Origin: an uncultured archaeon
GTDB lineage: Archaea; Thermoproteota; Nitrososphaeria_A; Caldarchaeales; Wolframiiraptoraceae
Assembly (NCBI GenBank): GCA_938083505.1
Contig: CALKCF010000007.1
Location: 46,056 to 110,055, forward strand
Reading direction: 5' to 3'
Length of the DNA stretch: 64,000 bases
Every line of letters starts with the position of its first letter. The stretch's first letter is position 1. The notes below the pieces were generated by a model that searched no databases, was not told where the DNA came from, and saw only the letters and a program-made list of their open reading frames with translations. Positions 1 through 9,302 of the stretch are shown here, in pieces. The position numbers and the translations under genes were made by a program.

Positions 1-197
1 TAATGGTTTCGCTCATGGAGGTTTTAGAGACCCCCATTAAGATGGAGGGGGTAAAGGAAGTTCTTATAAAGGAATTTGAAACGGAATTCGGCATGAATTT
101 AAGCTATTTCCCGTCAGATCTTTGGAAAACCATCTCAGAATCTGTTGATTTATTACAAAAAGTAAAATGCAAAAATGCTTATAAGCTAAGCTTTTAA
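1..197 (+). CDS. 3' end of a gene truncated by the window edge; possibly a lipoate-ligase/octanoyltransferase C-terminus
   Basis: Open frame to TAA at 197; SLxxxLxxxxxxExVKxxLxxxFxxxF resembles LipB/LplA C-termini, but the fragment is short. Confidence 0.3.
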   Translation, partial: MVSLMEVLETPIKMEGVKEVLIKEFETEFGMNLSYFPSDLWKTISESVDLLQKVKCKNAYKLSF

Positions 198-225
198 ATA
201 TAAATACAATACTATTTAAATAAAC

Positions 226-813
226 ATGGAGAGTTGTGTAATGCCAAAGGGGCCTGAGCCAACTATAAAAATAGAAAATGTCGTAGCCAGTGTGACCCTT
301 TTCCAGAGACTCGACCTATCTCAGATACAGAGGAGCTTCCCGGATGTTGAGTACAAGCCGGCACAGTTCCCAGGCCTTGTCTTCAGACTTCAGAAGCCGA
401 AGACGGCCACGCTGATCTTCAGCAGCGGCAAGATGGTCTGCACTGGGGCTGAGAGCGAGGAGGAGTCTATCAAGGCAGTTAAGACAGTCGTCAAACTCCT
501 GAAAAAGGAGGGCTTCCTGATTAAGGAGGAGCCGCAAATAGAGATACAGAACATAGTGGCGAGCGTTGACCTCCATGGCAGGATAGACTTGGAAAGGGCT
601 GCAGCGGAGTTGGAAAATGTCATGTACGAGCCTGAGCAGTTCCCAGGCCTAATCTACAGAATGGAGCAACCCAAAGTCGTCATACTTATGTTCGCGAGCG
701 GCAAGCTCGTCTGCACTGGCGCTAAGTATGAGCGGGAGGTCTACGAGGCGGTACAAAAGTTGAAGGGAATACTGGAAGATAAAAATCTGCTGATATATAA
801 CACAACGTCATGA
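226..813 (+). CDS. tbp: TATA-box-binding protein
   Basis: Two repeats NVVAS..Y.P.QFPGL..R...PK...LIF.SGK.VCTGA. Confidence 0.98.
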   Translation: MESCVMPKGPEPTIKIENVVASVTLFQRLDLSQIQRSFPDVEYKPAQFPGLVFRLQKPKTATLIFSSGKMVCTGAESEEESIKAVKTVVKLLKKEGFLIKEEPQIEIQNIVASVDLHGRIDLERAAAELENVMYEPEQFPGLIYRMEQPKVVILMFASGKLVCTGAKYEREVYEAVQKLKGILEDKNLLIYNTTS

Positions 814-1836
814 CGTACGCTTTCCTTTTAGCAGAATTTCGATGAACCTTTTTGTTACGTCTTCTGCGGTCGCTCTACCGCCTAAATCAGGTGTCAGGCT
901 CTTCGGGTCCTGCAGTAAGCAGAGCACAGTGTCCTCCAGGTCTCTTGCCGCTTTTAGCATGACCGTGTTGTTCTTTTTCTTGCCAAGCCACTCGAGCATC
1001 ATCTTTGACGCCATAATTTGAGCTATAGGGTTTGCGTATAGTGGGTTGATGTCCGGCGCCGTTCCGTGAACCGGCTCGAACAGGCCGAACTCGTCTCCTA
1101 TATTGGCCGAGTAGGCTAGGCCCAAGCTACCAACTATGCCCGCAGCCTCGTCGCTCAGTATATCGCCGAACATATTCGTCGTGAGTATGACATCGAACTT
1201 CTGTGGATTACTCACGAGCTGGTACGCCGCATTATCGACGAGCACCTCCTCTATAGTTACGTAGGGATAAGATTTAGCGACCTCGAACGTTGCCCTTCTT
1301 AAAAGCTCAAAACTTTTCAGCACGTTTACCTTGTGGACGACCGTCACCCTTTTCTTCCTGGCTTCTGCTATCTGAAACGCAACATTAGCTATCCTCAAGC
1401 ACGCCTTCTTAGTAAGCACCATAAGGGCAACCGCATACTCCTCGCCGACGTCCTCAAGGCCTTTATACAAGTCTTCTGTGTTCTCCCTGACGATCACTAA
1501 ATCCACATCACTCCACTTGGAGCTCACTCCAGGAAACGTCCTGAAGGGTCTTATATTGGCATAAAGGTCCAGCTTCTGCCTTAGGAAGACTATTACGTCC
1601 TTCGCCGACTCGCCGACAGGCCCCTTTAAGCATGCGTCTGAAGACCTTATCTTGTCGAACGAGTCCTTCGGTAGCGGCTCGCCGAAATCCTTCTTTGCAG
1701 AATCGCCGGCTGGTGCCTCCACGAAGCTCAAATTGAAACCATAAGCCTCAGAAATGACCTCCAATACTTTTTTTGCAGACCTGACGACGACAGGGCCTAT
1801 GCCGTCGCCCGGTATTACGCTTATGAGGTTTGCCAT
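808..1836 (-). CDS. leuB: 3-isopropylmalate dehydrogenase (isocitrate/isopropylmalate dehydrogenase family)
   Basis: [35 protein letters not shown] motifs; divergent from leuA. Confidence 0.88.
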   Translation of the reverse strand: MANLISVIPGDGIGPVVVRSAKKVLEVISEAYGFNLSFVEAPAGDSAKKDFGEPLPKDSFDKIRSSDACLKGPVGESAKDVIVFLRQKLDLYANIRPFRTFPGVSSKWSDVDLVIVRENTEDLYKGLEDVGEEYAVALMVLTKKACLRIANVAFQIAEARKKRVTVVHKVNVLKSFELLRRATFEVAKSYPYVTIEEVLVDNAAYQLVSNPQKFDVILTTNMFGDILSDEAAGIVGSLGLAYSANIGDEFGLFEPVHGTAPDINPLYANPIAQIMASKMMLEWLGKKKNNTVMLKAARDLEDTVLCLLQDPKSLTPDLGGRATAEDVTKRFIEILLKGKRTS

Positions 1837-1858
1837 ATTCTAGCCCACTTTTCTGTGA

Positions 1859-1872
1859 ATATTTAAGCGTTG
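1859..1872 (-). promoter_or_regulatory. BRE/TATA promoter of leuB (near-leaderless)
   Basis: Minus strand AACGC-TTAAATAT about 25-30 nt before the ATG at 1836. Confidence 0.6.
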
Positions 1873-1881
1873 AAATCTGGC

Positions 1882-1897
1882 ATCATGGGACCATGAT
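1882..1897. repeat. Perfect palindrome ATCATGG-GA-CCATGAT, operator-like
   Basis: 7-bp inverted arms with a 2-nt spacer just upstream of the leuB promoter. Confidence 0.55.
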
Positions 1898-1927
1898 CGC
1901 AGCATCTGTACTTTTCCGGCAAACTGT

Positions 1928-1977
1928 GAATTAGTTCAGTATTCGCGGAAAAATTTTCCAGCATGCTGAACTAATTC
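1928..1977. repeat. 50-nt inverted repeat/hairpin between the leuB and leuA promoters
   Basis: GAATTAGTTCAGTAT / ATGCTGAACTAATTC outer arms plus inner GGAAA/TTTCC. Confidence 0.8.
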
Positions 1978-1980
1978 TCG

Positions 1981-1996
1981 AGAAACGCTTATATAT
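1981..1996 (+). promoter_or_regulatory. BRE/TATA promoter of leuA
   Basis: AGAAACGC-TTATATAT, about 155 nt upstream of the leuA ATG, implying a long 5' leader. Confidence 0.7.
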
Positions 1997-2009
1997 CGTT
2001 TGCCAACAA

Positions 2010-2149
2010 AGATGTGTAAGTTCGATAGGTGAGCAAAGTGAACCAACTCGAATAAATTTGGCAAAACTTTTCGAGCTAACATCTAACAAAACCTTTCAAA
2101 AATCCTGTTCTGTCGATGTTGTTGCACTTCTTCTCTGAGGTGCTGTCCA
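2010..2149 (+). promoter_or_regulatory. Structured leuA 5' leader with uORF MNQLE* (2038-2055)
   Basis: SD AGGTGA 2027-2032, GTG AAC CAA CTC GAA TAA; alternative TCGA pairings; hairpin GCACTTC/GAGGTGC over the leuA SD. Confidence 0.5.
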
Positions 2150-3676
2150 ATGGCTTGGAGGAAAATACTATCTGAGGGGTATAACATTCCCGAGAGAGTT
2201 AGTATATTCGACACGACCCTAAGAGATGGTGAGCAGACGCCTGGCGTCGCCCTGACGCCGGAGGATAAGGTCGAGATAGCTATACAGCTCGACAAGCTCG
2301 GCGTCGACATCATAGAAGCAGGCTTTCCGATAACCTCGAAGGGTGAACAGAAGGCCGTATCGGACATATGTAAGCTCGGCCTCTCGGCCAAAATATGCGC
2401 ACTTGCAAGGTGCGAGAAGAACGACATAGATGCGGCGGTCGATGCTGGCGTCGATTGGGTCCACGTGTTCCTGGCAACCTCCGACATACACCTAAAGCAC
2501 AAGCTTAGGATGACAAGGGAGCAAGCCCTCACGAAGATAGCAGAAGCTGTTGAGTATGCTAAATCAAGAGGGGTGATTGTTCATTACTCGGCCGAAGATG
2601 CGACAAGGACAGAACATGACTTTCTGATGAAAGCGTTAAAAGTAGCAGTCGATGCTGGAGCGGACAGTGTAGACATACCAGACACCGTTGGCTTTGGGAT
2701 ACCCGCGGCAATTCGTAGAATAGTGTCCTCTGCGAAGTTTGTTACAGGAAAGCCAGTAGCAGTTCACTGTCATGACGACATGGGGTTGGCAGTAGCAAAC
2801 TCGCTTTCAGCCGTCGAAGCAGGTGCGGAGATAATCCATGCGACGATTAACGGAATAGGTGAGAGGGCTGGCAATGCAAGCTTAGAGGAGATAGTCGTAG
2901 CACTAAACATGCTTTACGGTGTGAAGACTAACATAAACCTACAAGAGATATACAAGACGTCTAGGCTTGTTGCAAAGCTTACTGGTGTTTGGATTCCTAA
3001 GAACAAGGCAATAGTCGGCGAGAACGCTTTTGCGCACGAGAGCGGTATACACGTGCACGGTATACTCGGCTCTCCTGAAACTTACGAACCAATAGCACCA
3101 GAACTTGTCGGAAGGAGAAGGAAGATAGTTGCCGGAAAGCACTCAGGCATACACAGCATAGATTTCCTGCTTAAAGAGCGCGGTCTTGAGATGGACAAGG
3201 TGAAGGCTAGAGAAGTTCTGGAAAGGGTCAAAGCCCTCGGGGATATGGGCATGAGGGTTTCGGACGCCAAACTTAAGGAGATAGCTGAAGAAATTGTAGG
3301 CGAGTCAAGAGATTCTCGGACAATATTCCTGAAGGAGTTCAGCGTCGTATCGAATACGAATTGTGCGACGGCGCGCATATCTTTGAAAATAGGCGACGAA
3401 GTCATCACGGCTGAGTCTTTAGACCACAGCCCGGTTGCCGCATCCCTCTCAGCCCTTCTGAACGCTGTATCGAGAAAGATGAACATCAAGTTGATTGACT
3501 TTAGAATCGATGCAACATCTTACTCACCAGATTTGAAATGTGAGGCAGAAGTAGTTTTGAGTGTCAACAACTCACAGGAGTATGTTGGCGAGGCGGTCGG
3601 GCACGACCCGGCTTTTGTCACAGTAAACGCCATAATAACGGGCATCGAGAAGGCTGTGCAGTCCTCTCGGTCATAG
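2150..3676 (+). CDS. leuA: 2-isopropylmalate synthase (LeuA/CimA family)
   Basis: [38 protein letters not shown]; C-terminal regulatory domain. Confidence 0.88.
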   Translation: MAWRKILSEGYNIPERVSIFDTTLRDGEQTPGVALTPEDKVEIAIQLDKLGVDIIEAGFPITSKGEQKAVSDICKLGLSAKICALARCEKNDIDAAVDAGVDWVHVFLATSDIHLKHKLRMTREQALTKIAEAVEYAKSRGVIVHYSAEDATRTEHDFLMKALKVAVDAGADSVDIPDTVGFGIPAAIRRIVSSAKFVTGKPVAVHCHDDMGLAVANSLSAVEAGAEIIHATINGIGERAGNASLEEIVVALNMLYGVKTNINLQEIYKTSRLVAKLTGVWIPKNKAIVGENAFAHESGIHVHGILGSPETYEPIAPELVGRRRKIVAGKHSGIHSIDFLLKERGLEMDKVKAREVLERVKALGDMGMRVSDAKLKEIAEEIVGESRDSRTIFLKEFSVVSNTNCATARISLKIGDEVITAESLDHSPVAASLSALLNAVSRKMNIKLIDFRIDATSYSPDLKCEAEVVLSVNNSQEYVGEAVGHDPAFVTVNAIITGIEKAVQSSRS

Positions 3677-3700
3677 GTGGAGTAACATGAAAGTTATCAC

Positions 3701-3716
3701 GAAACGTTTTTATAAT
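3701..3716 (+). promoter_or_regulatory. BRE/TATA promoter of ilvB-ilvN-ilvC
   Basis: GAAACG-TTTTTATAAT, about 155 nt upstream of the ilvB ATG; same BRE as leuA. Confidence 0.7.
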
Positions 3717-3740
3717 GCGGAAGTTTTTCCCTTCACTTTG

Positions 3741-3870
3741 AGATGTGAGGGTGATAATAATGCGCCAAATTATCTAGCAATTTTAGATAAGCCCTCACCT
3801 AGTATCTACCCTCTAGTATCGTGCTGTTCTCTTCTTTATCTGGAAATCCATTTGTATGCGGTGAAGGCAT
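3741..3870 (+). promoter_or_regulatory. Structured ilvB 5' leader with uORF MRQII* (3760-3777)
   Basis: SD GAGGGTGAT, ATG CGC CAA ATT ATC TAG; stems GTGAGGG/CCCTCAC and TTATCTA/TAGATAA. Confidence 0.55.
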
Positions 3871-5616
3871 ATGGTAAGGGCAGCTGATGCTCTGGTCAAG
3901 GCCATGGAATCAAAGGGTGTGGAGGTCATCTTCGGTATACCCGGTGGTTCTAATTTAACGTTTTACGACGCGCTGTATGACAGTAACATAAGAACCATAC
4001 TGATGAGGCATGAACAGCAGGCAGTGCATGCGGCAGAGGGTTATGCAAGGGTTAAGGGAAGGCCTGGGATAGCCTTAGCGACATCAGGTCCAGGTGCAAC
4101 GAACCTAGTGACCGGAATAGTTAACGCGATGATGGACAGTCAGCCTGTTATAGCGATAACTGGTCAGGTAACGCGCGACGTGCTCGGAACAGATGCCTTC
4201 CAAGAAACGGACATAACAGGCATACTTTTGCCCGTCACAAAATATACTGTAACTGTCAAAGACCCATCTAAGCTTGCCCAGACGTTCATAGACGCATGGT
4301 ACATCGCCACAACCGGCAGGCCTGGTCCTGTTCTCATCGACGTTCCAAGGGACGTGTTCCAAGCAGAGGTCGAGCCTCAGTGGAAGAACGAGCCAAGTCT
4401 AGCGAAGTATGTGCTAGACTCTCAGATAAGCCATGTCCATGAACCGGACCCGGAGCTCATAGTGAGGGCTGCCGAGATATTGACGAACGCCGAGAAACCC
4501 GTGATAATAGCTGGCGGAGGTGTGATAATAAGTAACGCTTCCGAGGAACTCGTCAAGCTGGCCGAGTACCTTATGGCTCCTGTCGTGGTTACAACACCTG
4601 GTCTGGGTTCCATACCTTCTGACCACCCGCTCATGCTGGGCGTCATTGGTATGCATGGCAGAATTGAGGCAAACCTTGCCGTGATAGAGTCGGACACGAT
4701 TCTGGCAGTCGGTATAAGGTTCTCCGATAGGTCTGTTGGAAGGTTTGATGAGCTTCAAAGAGATAGAAAGATAATCCACATAGATATAGATGCTAGCGAG
4801 ATCAGCAAGAATGTTACACCAACCGTAGGCATAGTCGGCGATGCCAAGAGGACTTTGGCCGAAATTTATGCCTGCGTAACTTCAAGGATTGCAAGAAAAG
4901 ACGCGAGACCATTCGTTCAAAGGCTCAAAGCGATAGGTGAGAGGTTTGATGAGTTCATGAACAACCATGGCGAACTGAGTAGGATAACTCCTTGGCGTGC
5001 GCTTAAGGTGATAAGAGAGGAGTTACCACGGAATGCAATAGTAGCGACGGGTGTCGGGCAACACCAGATGTGGGTCCAGCTTTACTTCAAGGTTTTCGAG
5101 CCAAGAACGCTTCTGACGAGTTGCGGCCTCGGAACTATGGGCTTCGGCCTACCTGCTGCCATCGGCGCGAAAATTGCAGCACCAGACAGGGCCGTAGCCT
5201 GCATCGATGGCGACGGTAGTTTCATCATGACGTGCCAGAGCTTGATACCGATAGCCCAGTACGACATACCCATTATATGCATAATATTCAACAATAGGGT
5301 CCTAGGTATGATAAGGCAGTGGCAGGACTTCTTCTACCAAAAAAGGTACAAGGATGAGAGTCTCAATATATATCTAAAGAAATACGTCAGTAAAAGCGTT
5401 GATTATGTGAAGCTCGCAGAATCCATGGGTGTAGAGGGAGCTTTAGCAGAGTCGCTGGACGATTTAAGGATGTTAATTAGGAGGGCTGTAAGAGCAGGAC
5501 AAGCGCTGGTCATAGACTTGCCGATAGACAAGGATGAGAGAGTACTGCCAATGGTACCTCCTGGCAAGTGGCTCAGTCAGATGATAGTGCCCCAGGGGTT
5601 CGATATCTATGGTTAA
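3871..5616 (+). CDS. ilvB: Acetolactate synthase large subunit
   Basis: FGIPGG, RHEQ, TSGPGATN, GQHQMW, GDGSF..N TPP motif. Confidence 0.95.
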   Translation: MVRAADALVKAMESKGVEVIFGIPGGSNLTFYDALYDSNIRTILMRHEQQAVHAAEGYARVKGRPGIALATSGPGATNLVTGIVNAMMDSQPVIAITGQVTRDVLGTDAFQETDITGILLPVTKYTVTVKDPSKLAQTFIDAWYIATTGRPGPVLIDVPRDVFQAEVEPQWKNEPSLAKYVLDSQISHVHEPDPELIVRAAEILTNAEKPVIIAGGGVIISNASEELVKLAEYLMAPVVVTTPGLGSIPSDHPLMLGVIGMHGRIEANLAVIESDTILAVGIRFSDRSVGRFDELQRDRKIIHIDIDASEISKNVTPTVGIVGDAKRTLAEIYACVTSRIARKDARPFVQRLKAIGERFDEFMNNHGELSRITPWRALKVIREELPRNAIVATGVGQHQMWVQLYFKVFEPRTLLTSCGLGTMGFGLPAAIGAKIAAPDRAVACIDGDGSFIMTCQSLIPIAQYDIPIICIIFNNRVLGMIRQWQDFFYQKRYKDESLNIYLKKYVSKSVDYVKLAESMGVEGALAESLDDLRMLIRRAVRAGQALVIDLPIDKDERVLPMVPPGKWLSQMIVPQGFDIYG

Positions 5617-5878
5617 GCATACGTTCACCGCATTGATAGAGGACTCACTGGAGGCACTCCTCAAAGTATTCTTGACTACGAAGCAAGCTCAGGCGAAGCT
5701 TATCCGTGTGGAAGTTGACGATTCTGGTATAGATAACGTCAAGCTCTTAACTATGACGGTGTCGGTAAAACCTGAAAGGGCGGAGTGGCTCAAGAGAAAG
5801 TTATTTAACCTACCTGTGGTGCTGAAGGTAGATTACACAATATCGGATACGGGTCTGATGAAAAGTATGGATGCATAG
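5609..5878 (+). CDS. ilvN: ACT-domain acetolactate synthase small subunit (divergent)
   Basis: 89 aa ACT-like fold ending [11 protein letters not shown]; overlaps the ilvB stop. Confidence 0.65.
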   Translation: MVKHTFTALIEDSLEALLKVFLTTKQAQAKLIRVEVDDSGIDNVKLLTMTVSVKPERAEWLKRKLFNLPVVLKVDYTISDTGLMKSMDA

Positions 5879-5892
5879 GTGGTGAGAGGCAG

Positions 5893-6873
5893 ATGGTAAA
5901 AATATACTACGAGAGCGACATAAGCCTCGAGCCGCTGCTTGGTAAGAAGGTAGCAGTCATAGGTTACGGGAGCCAAGGAAGGGCCCAAGCACTCAACATG
6001 AGGGACTCTGGAATAGACGTCATTGTTGGTGTTAGAGAAGGAGGAAAATCTTGGAGTGTGGTGAAAGAAGACGGTCTTGAGCCGCTTCCTGTAGAGAAGG
6101 CAGCGAAGGAAGGAGACGTAATCCACATGCTAATACCGGATGTGATGCAGCCTGAGGTTTACAAGAAATTCATAGAACCAAACCTGAAAGCTGGAAAGGT
6201 CTTGGGCTTCTCGCATGGCTACAACATACACTTTAGGCAGATCATACCACCAAGTTACGTGGACGTCGTGCTCGTCGCTCCTAAGGCACCAGGTCCGAGA
6301 ATGCGTGAGCTCTACCTTGAAGGCAAGGGCGTCCCGGCACTTTTCGCGGTGAAACAGGATTATTCTGGAAACGCAAGGATGATAGCTTTGGCTATGGCTA
6401 AGGCGTTAGGTTGCGCCAGGGCTGGCGTCCTTGAGACGACATTTAAGGAGGAGACGGAAACTGACCTACTGGGAGAGCAAGCGGTTTTGGTTGGCGGTCT
6501 CATTGAGCTCATAAAGAAGGGATATGAGGTACTGGTCGAGGCAGGATACCAGCCAGAGCTTGCATACTTCGAAGTATGCAACGAGATGAAGCTAATAGTC
6601 GACTTAATATATAAAGGAGGCTTGGTCGGAATGCTGAAGGCAGTCTCCGATACCGCAAAGTTCGGCGGCCTACTTGTGGGCTCCCAGATAATCGACGAGC
6701 GTGTAAAGGAGAATATGAGGGAGGCTCTCAGGAGAATTCAAGACGGCTCCTTCGCGAGACTTTGGAGCGAAGACCCGAGGAGTAAGCTAATACTCGAGAA
6801 GAAGATGGAGGAAATAAGGAACCATCCAATAGAGAAAGTGGGCGAGGCCGTTAGGAAGTTGGCCCAAATATAG
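5893..6873 (+). CDS. ilvC: Ketol-acid reductoisomerase
   Basis: [31 protein letters not shown]. Confidence 0.97.
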   Translation: MVKIYYESDISLEPLLGKKVAVIGYGSQGRAQALNMRDSGIDVIVGVREGGKSWSVVKEDGLEPLPVEKAAKEGDVIHMLIPDVMQPEVYKKFIEPNLKAGKVLGFSHGYNIHFRQIIPPSYVDVVLVAPKAPGPRMRELYLEGKGVPALFAVKQDYSGNARMIALAMAKALGCARAGVLETTFKEETETDLLGEQAVLVGGLIELIKKGYEVLVEAGYQPELAYFEVCNEMKLIVDLIYKGGLVGMLKAVSDTAKFGGLLVGSQIIDERVKENMREALRRIQDGSFARLWSEDPRSKLILEKKMEEIRNHPIEKVGEAVRKLAQI

Positions 6874-7644
6874 TCAGCCTTGGAATAAGATCGGAAGGAG
6901 TTTGTAGTACACTGCCAGGCCGAACAGGAGCAGAGACATTAACAAGACCACATAGTCCTTAGCACTCATTTTAAGTTCTCTTAATGAAGTTCTTTTCTTC
7001 GCAGCACCAAAGCACTTAACTTCCATCGCCTCCGCCAACTCGTATGCCCTTCTGAGAGCGTTCGCGAGGAGCGGTACGAGTATCGGTATAAGCTTCTTAG
7101 CTCTCTCTAAAGGCCCGCCCCTGTCCAGCTCGACGCCGCGTGCCCTCTGCGCATCCATGATGTCTTTGAGCTCTTGGGCTATTATCGGCGTAAACCTTAT
7201 CGCCGATATGAAGGCGAATGTGTATGGGTAGGGGACACGCCAGCTTGTAAGCGTTAGCCCTATCTCTTCCGGTGTCGTGGTCAAGAAGAATATTGAGAAC
7301 GATGAAAGGAACAGCACAAGCCTGTACGCTAGCGTTGCTGAATAGTAAAGCGTCTCTTGCAATGTCGCATGGGTATCAGTCGAGATGAAGAATATAGCAT
7401 TTAAACCAAAGACAAGGGCAGCCAGGGGCATCGAGCCCCTTATCGTCTTAAGCCAGCGTCGCACTATCTTAGCAATGTAAGCCATAACCGCCTGTACTGT
7501 TATGAGAATCGTCAGCATCCATACCTCTGCATACATCACGACTATGATGAGCATTATCGTGGAAACGAGAAGTTTCACCCTTGGATCGAGCTTGTGTATC
7601 GCTGTATCGCCAGCGTAGAACTTAAGCCCCTCTAGTATGCTCAA
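6874..7644 (-). CDS. ecfT: ECF transporter transmembrane component T
   Basis: HKLDPRVK, AQRARG, AEAMEVK motifs. Confidence 0.9.
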   Translation of the reverse strand: MSILEGLKFYAGDTAIHKLDPRVKLLVSTIMLIIVVMYAEVWMLTILITVQAVMAYIAKIVRRWLKTIRGSMPLAALVFGLNAIFFISTDTHATLQETLYYSATLAYRLVLFLSSFSIFFLTTTPEEIGLTLTSWRVPYPYTFAFISAIRFTPIIAQELKDIMDAQRARGVELDRGGPLERAKKLIPILVPLLANALRRAYELAEAMEVKCFGAAKKRTSLRELKMSAKDYVVLLMSLLLFGLAVYYKLLPILFQG

Positions 7645-8458
7645 GCCTCCTCAACCCATCCACTATGCTCCTTATAGCATCCTCGACCGAGATTACCTTA
7701 GTATTAAAGCCAAGGTCTGCCAACCTAGACACCGTTGCGGCCACCTGGGGCATGAGTATCGAGCAGCTGCTAAGCAGCTCACCATCTGTCAATATCGCCT
7801 CAGCCCTACCGTCCGCCACTATCCTTCCTCTTGACATCAGGATGACCCTCGGTCTAAGTTCAGCGACAAACTCTACGTCATGTGTTGAAATTATGACTGA
7901 CCTTCCCTGTAGATTCAGCTGCTTTATCATTTCCTTTAGCTTCTCCTTCTGCGCATTGTCCTGGCCGACTGTCGGTTCGTCCATTGCTATGACCTGTGGA
8001 TTCCATGCCAAGATTATCGCAAGGGCTAGCCTCTTCTTCTCACCACCGCTCAGTAGAAAGGGAGACCTCTTCCGGTATTTCTCCAGCTCCATGAACTTAA
8101 GGGCCCAGTCTACCCTTCTCTGCACAACCTCCTCACTGAAGCCCAAATTCCTTAAAGAGAAAGCAACCTCCTCCTCAACCGTCGGAAGAAAGAACATATC
8201 GTCGGTGTTTTGGAACATTATGCCGACGATCCTGGACAGTTGTGCCACGCTAAGCGTCCTAGTGTCCTTTCCGTTTACGTAGACGCTACCGGTGGTTGGT
8301 TTTAGAAGACCGTTTAAGTGCTTTATGAACGTAGTCTTGCCAGCACCGTTCTCGCCCATCAGCGCCACTAGCTCACCTCTTCCGATCTCGACACTGATAC
8401 CGTTTAACGCCTTTACACCAGTGGGATAAACGTAGGTCACGTTATCGAACCTTATCAT
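7622..8458 (-). CDS. ecfA2: ECF transporter ATPase
   Basis: GENGAGKT, LSGGEKKR, MDEPT, STHD. Confidence 0.9.
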   Translation of the reverse strand: MIRFDNVTYVYPTGVKALNGISVEIGRGELVALMGENGAGKTTFIKHLNGLLKPTTGSVYVNGKDTRTLSVAQLSRIVGIMFQNTDDMFFLPTVEEEVAFSLRNLGFSEEVVQRRVDWALKFMELEKYRKRSPFLLSGGEKKRLALAIILAWNPQVIAMDEPTVGQDNAQKEKLKEMIKQLNLQGRSVIISTHDVEFVAELRPRVILMSRGRIVADGRAEAILTDGELLSSCSILMPQVAATVSRLADLGFNTKVISVEDAIRSIVDGLRRLEHTRGA

Positions 8459-9296
8459 GGACGAATCCTCTTATACCCCGCTCGAACTCTTCGGGGCTTA
8501 GCGGCACATCGTTAAACACTTTTAAATGTTTGTTCACACCCTTAGCCATGCTTACGACCTTCGGGACAGGTACACCGTAGGGCATAACCTCTTCCGAGGC
8601 GAAAATTTCCCTCGGATCCCCGTCCATGATTATACTTCCTTTCTGCATGACGATTACCCTGTCTACCTTGTCGGCCAACAGCTCAACTCTGTGCTCAGCC
8701 ACTATGACCGTGGTCCCTAGCTCTTTCTTTATCTTAAAAATTGTATCGATTATCGACTTTGCGGATACGGGGTCCAAGGATGACGTCGGCTCGTCAAGTA
8801 CCATGAGCCTGGGCATCAACGCGAGTATCGAGGCGATAGCAACCTTCTGTTGCTGACCTCCTGACAGCTCGAAAGGTGACCTCTTACTCAGGTCCTCTAT
8901 CCCAACTGCCTTGAGAGCAAAATCCACTCTGCGCCTGATCTCATCTCTTGGTATGCCCAAATTCTCGAGCGCAAAGGCGACGTCGTTCTCAACAGTCAAC
9001 GAGAATAGCTGATTCTCTGGATTTTGGAATACCATGCCAACGTGTTGGGAGAGTACATAGGTTGGTGTTTTGGAAACGTCCATACCGGCAACTATTACCC
9101 TTCCGTCAATCTTGCCAGCATAAAAATGCGGTATGAGACCATTTAGACATCTGCAAAGCGTTGACTTTCCACAGCCGCTAGGTCCGAGGAGGAGGACAAA
9201 CTCTCCATCTTCGATACTTAGATCTATGTTACTGAGGGCGGGAATATCAGAACCACTGTAGGTAAATGTCAGCCCCTCGACCTTTACTATCTCCAT
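8442..9296 (-). CDS. ecfA1: ECF transporter ATPase
   Basis: GPSGCGKST, FQNPENQ, LSGGQQQK, LDEPT. Confidence 0.9.
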   Translation of the reverse strand: MEIVKVEGLTFTYSGSDIPALSNIDLSIEDGEFVLLLGPSGCGKSTLCRCLNGLIPHFYAGKIDGRVIVAGMDVSKTPTYVLSQHVGMVFQNPENQLFSLTVENDVAFALENLGIPRDEIRRRVDFALKAVGIEDLSKRSPFELSGGQQQKVAIASILALMPRLMVLDEPTSSLDPVSAKSIIDTIFKIKKELGTTVIVAEHRVELLADKVDRVIVMQKGSIIMDGDPREIFASEEVMPYGVPVPKVVSMAKGVNKHLKVFNDVPLSPEEFERGIRGFVHDKVR

Positions 9297-9302
9297 CTTC
9301 TG

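Noticed and set aside
3687-3887. 66-aa ORF between leuA and ilvB with an SD-like AGGTGG
   Set aside because: Runs through the ilvB BRE/TATA and structured leader and has no recognisable motif; likely incidental
7665-8282. Long antisense ORFs here and at 13676-14242, 29857-30387, 30841-31368 and 61261-61848
   Set aside because: Shadows of well-conserved genes on the opposite strand
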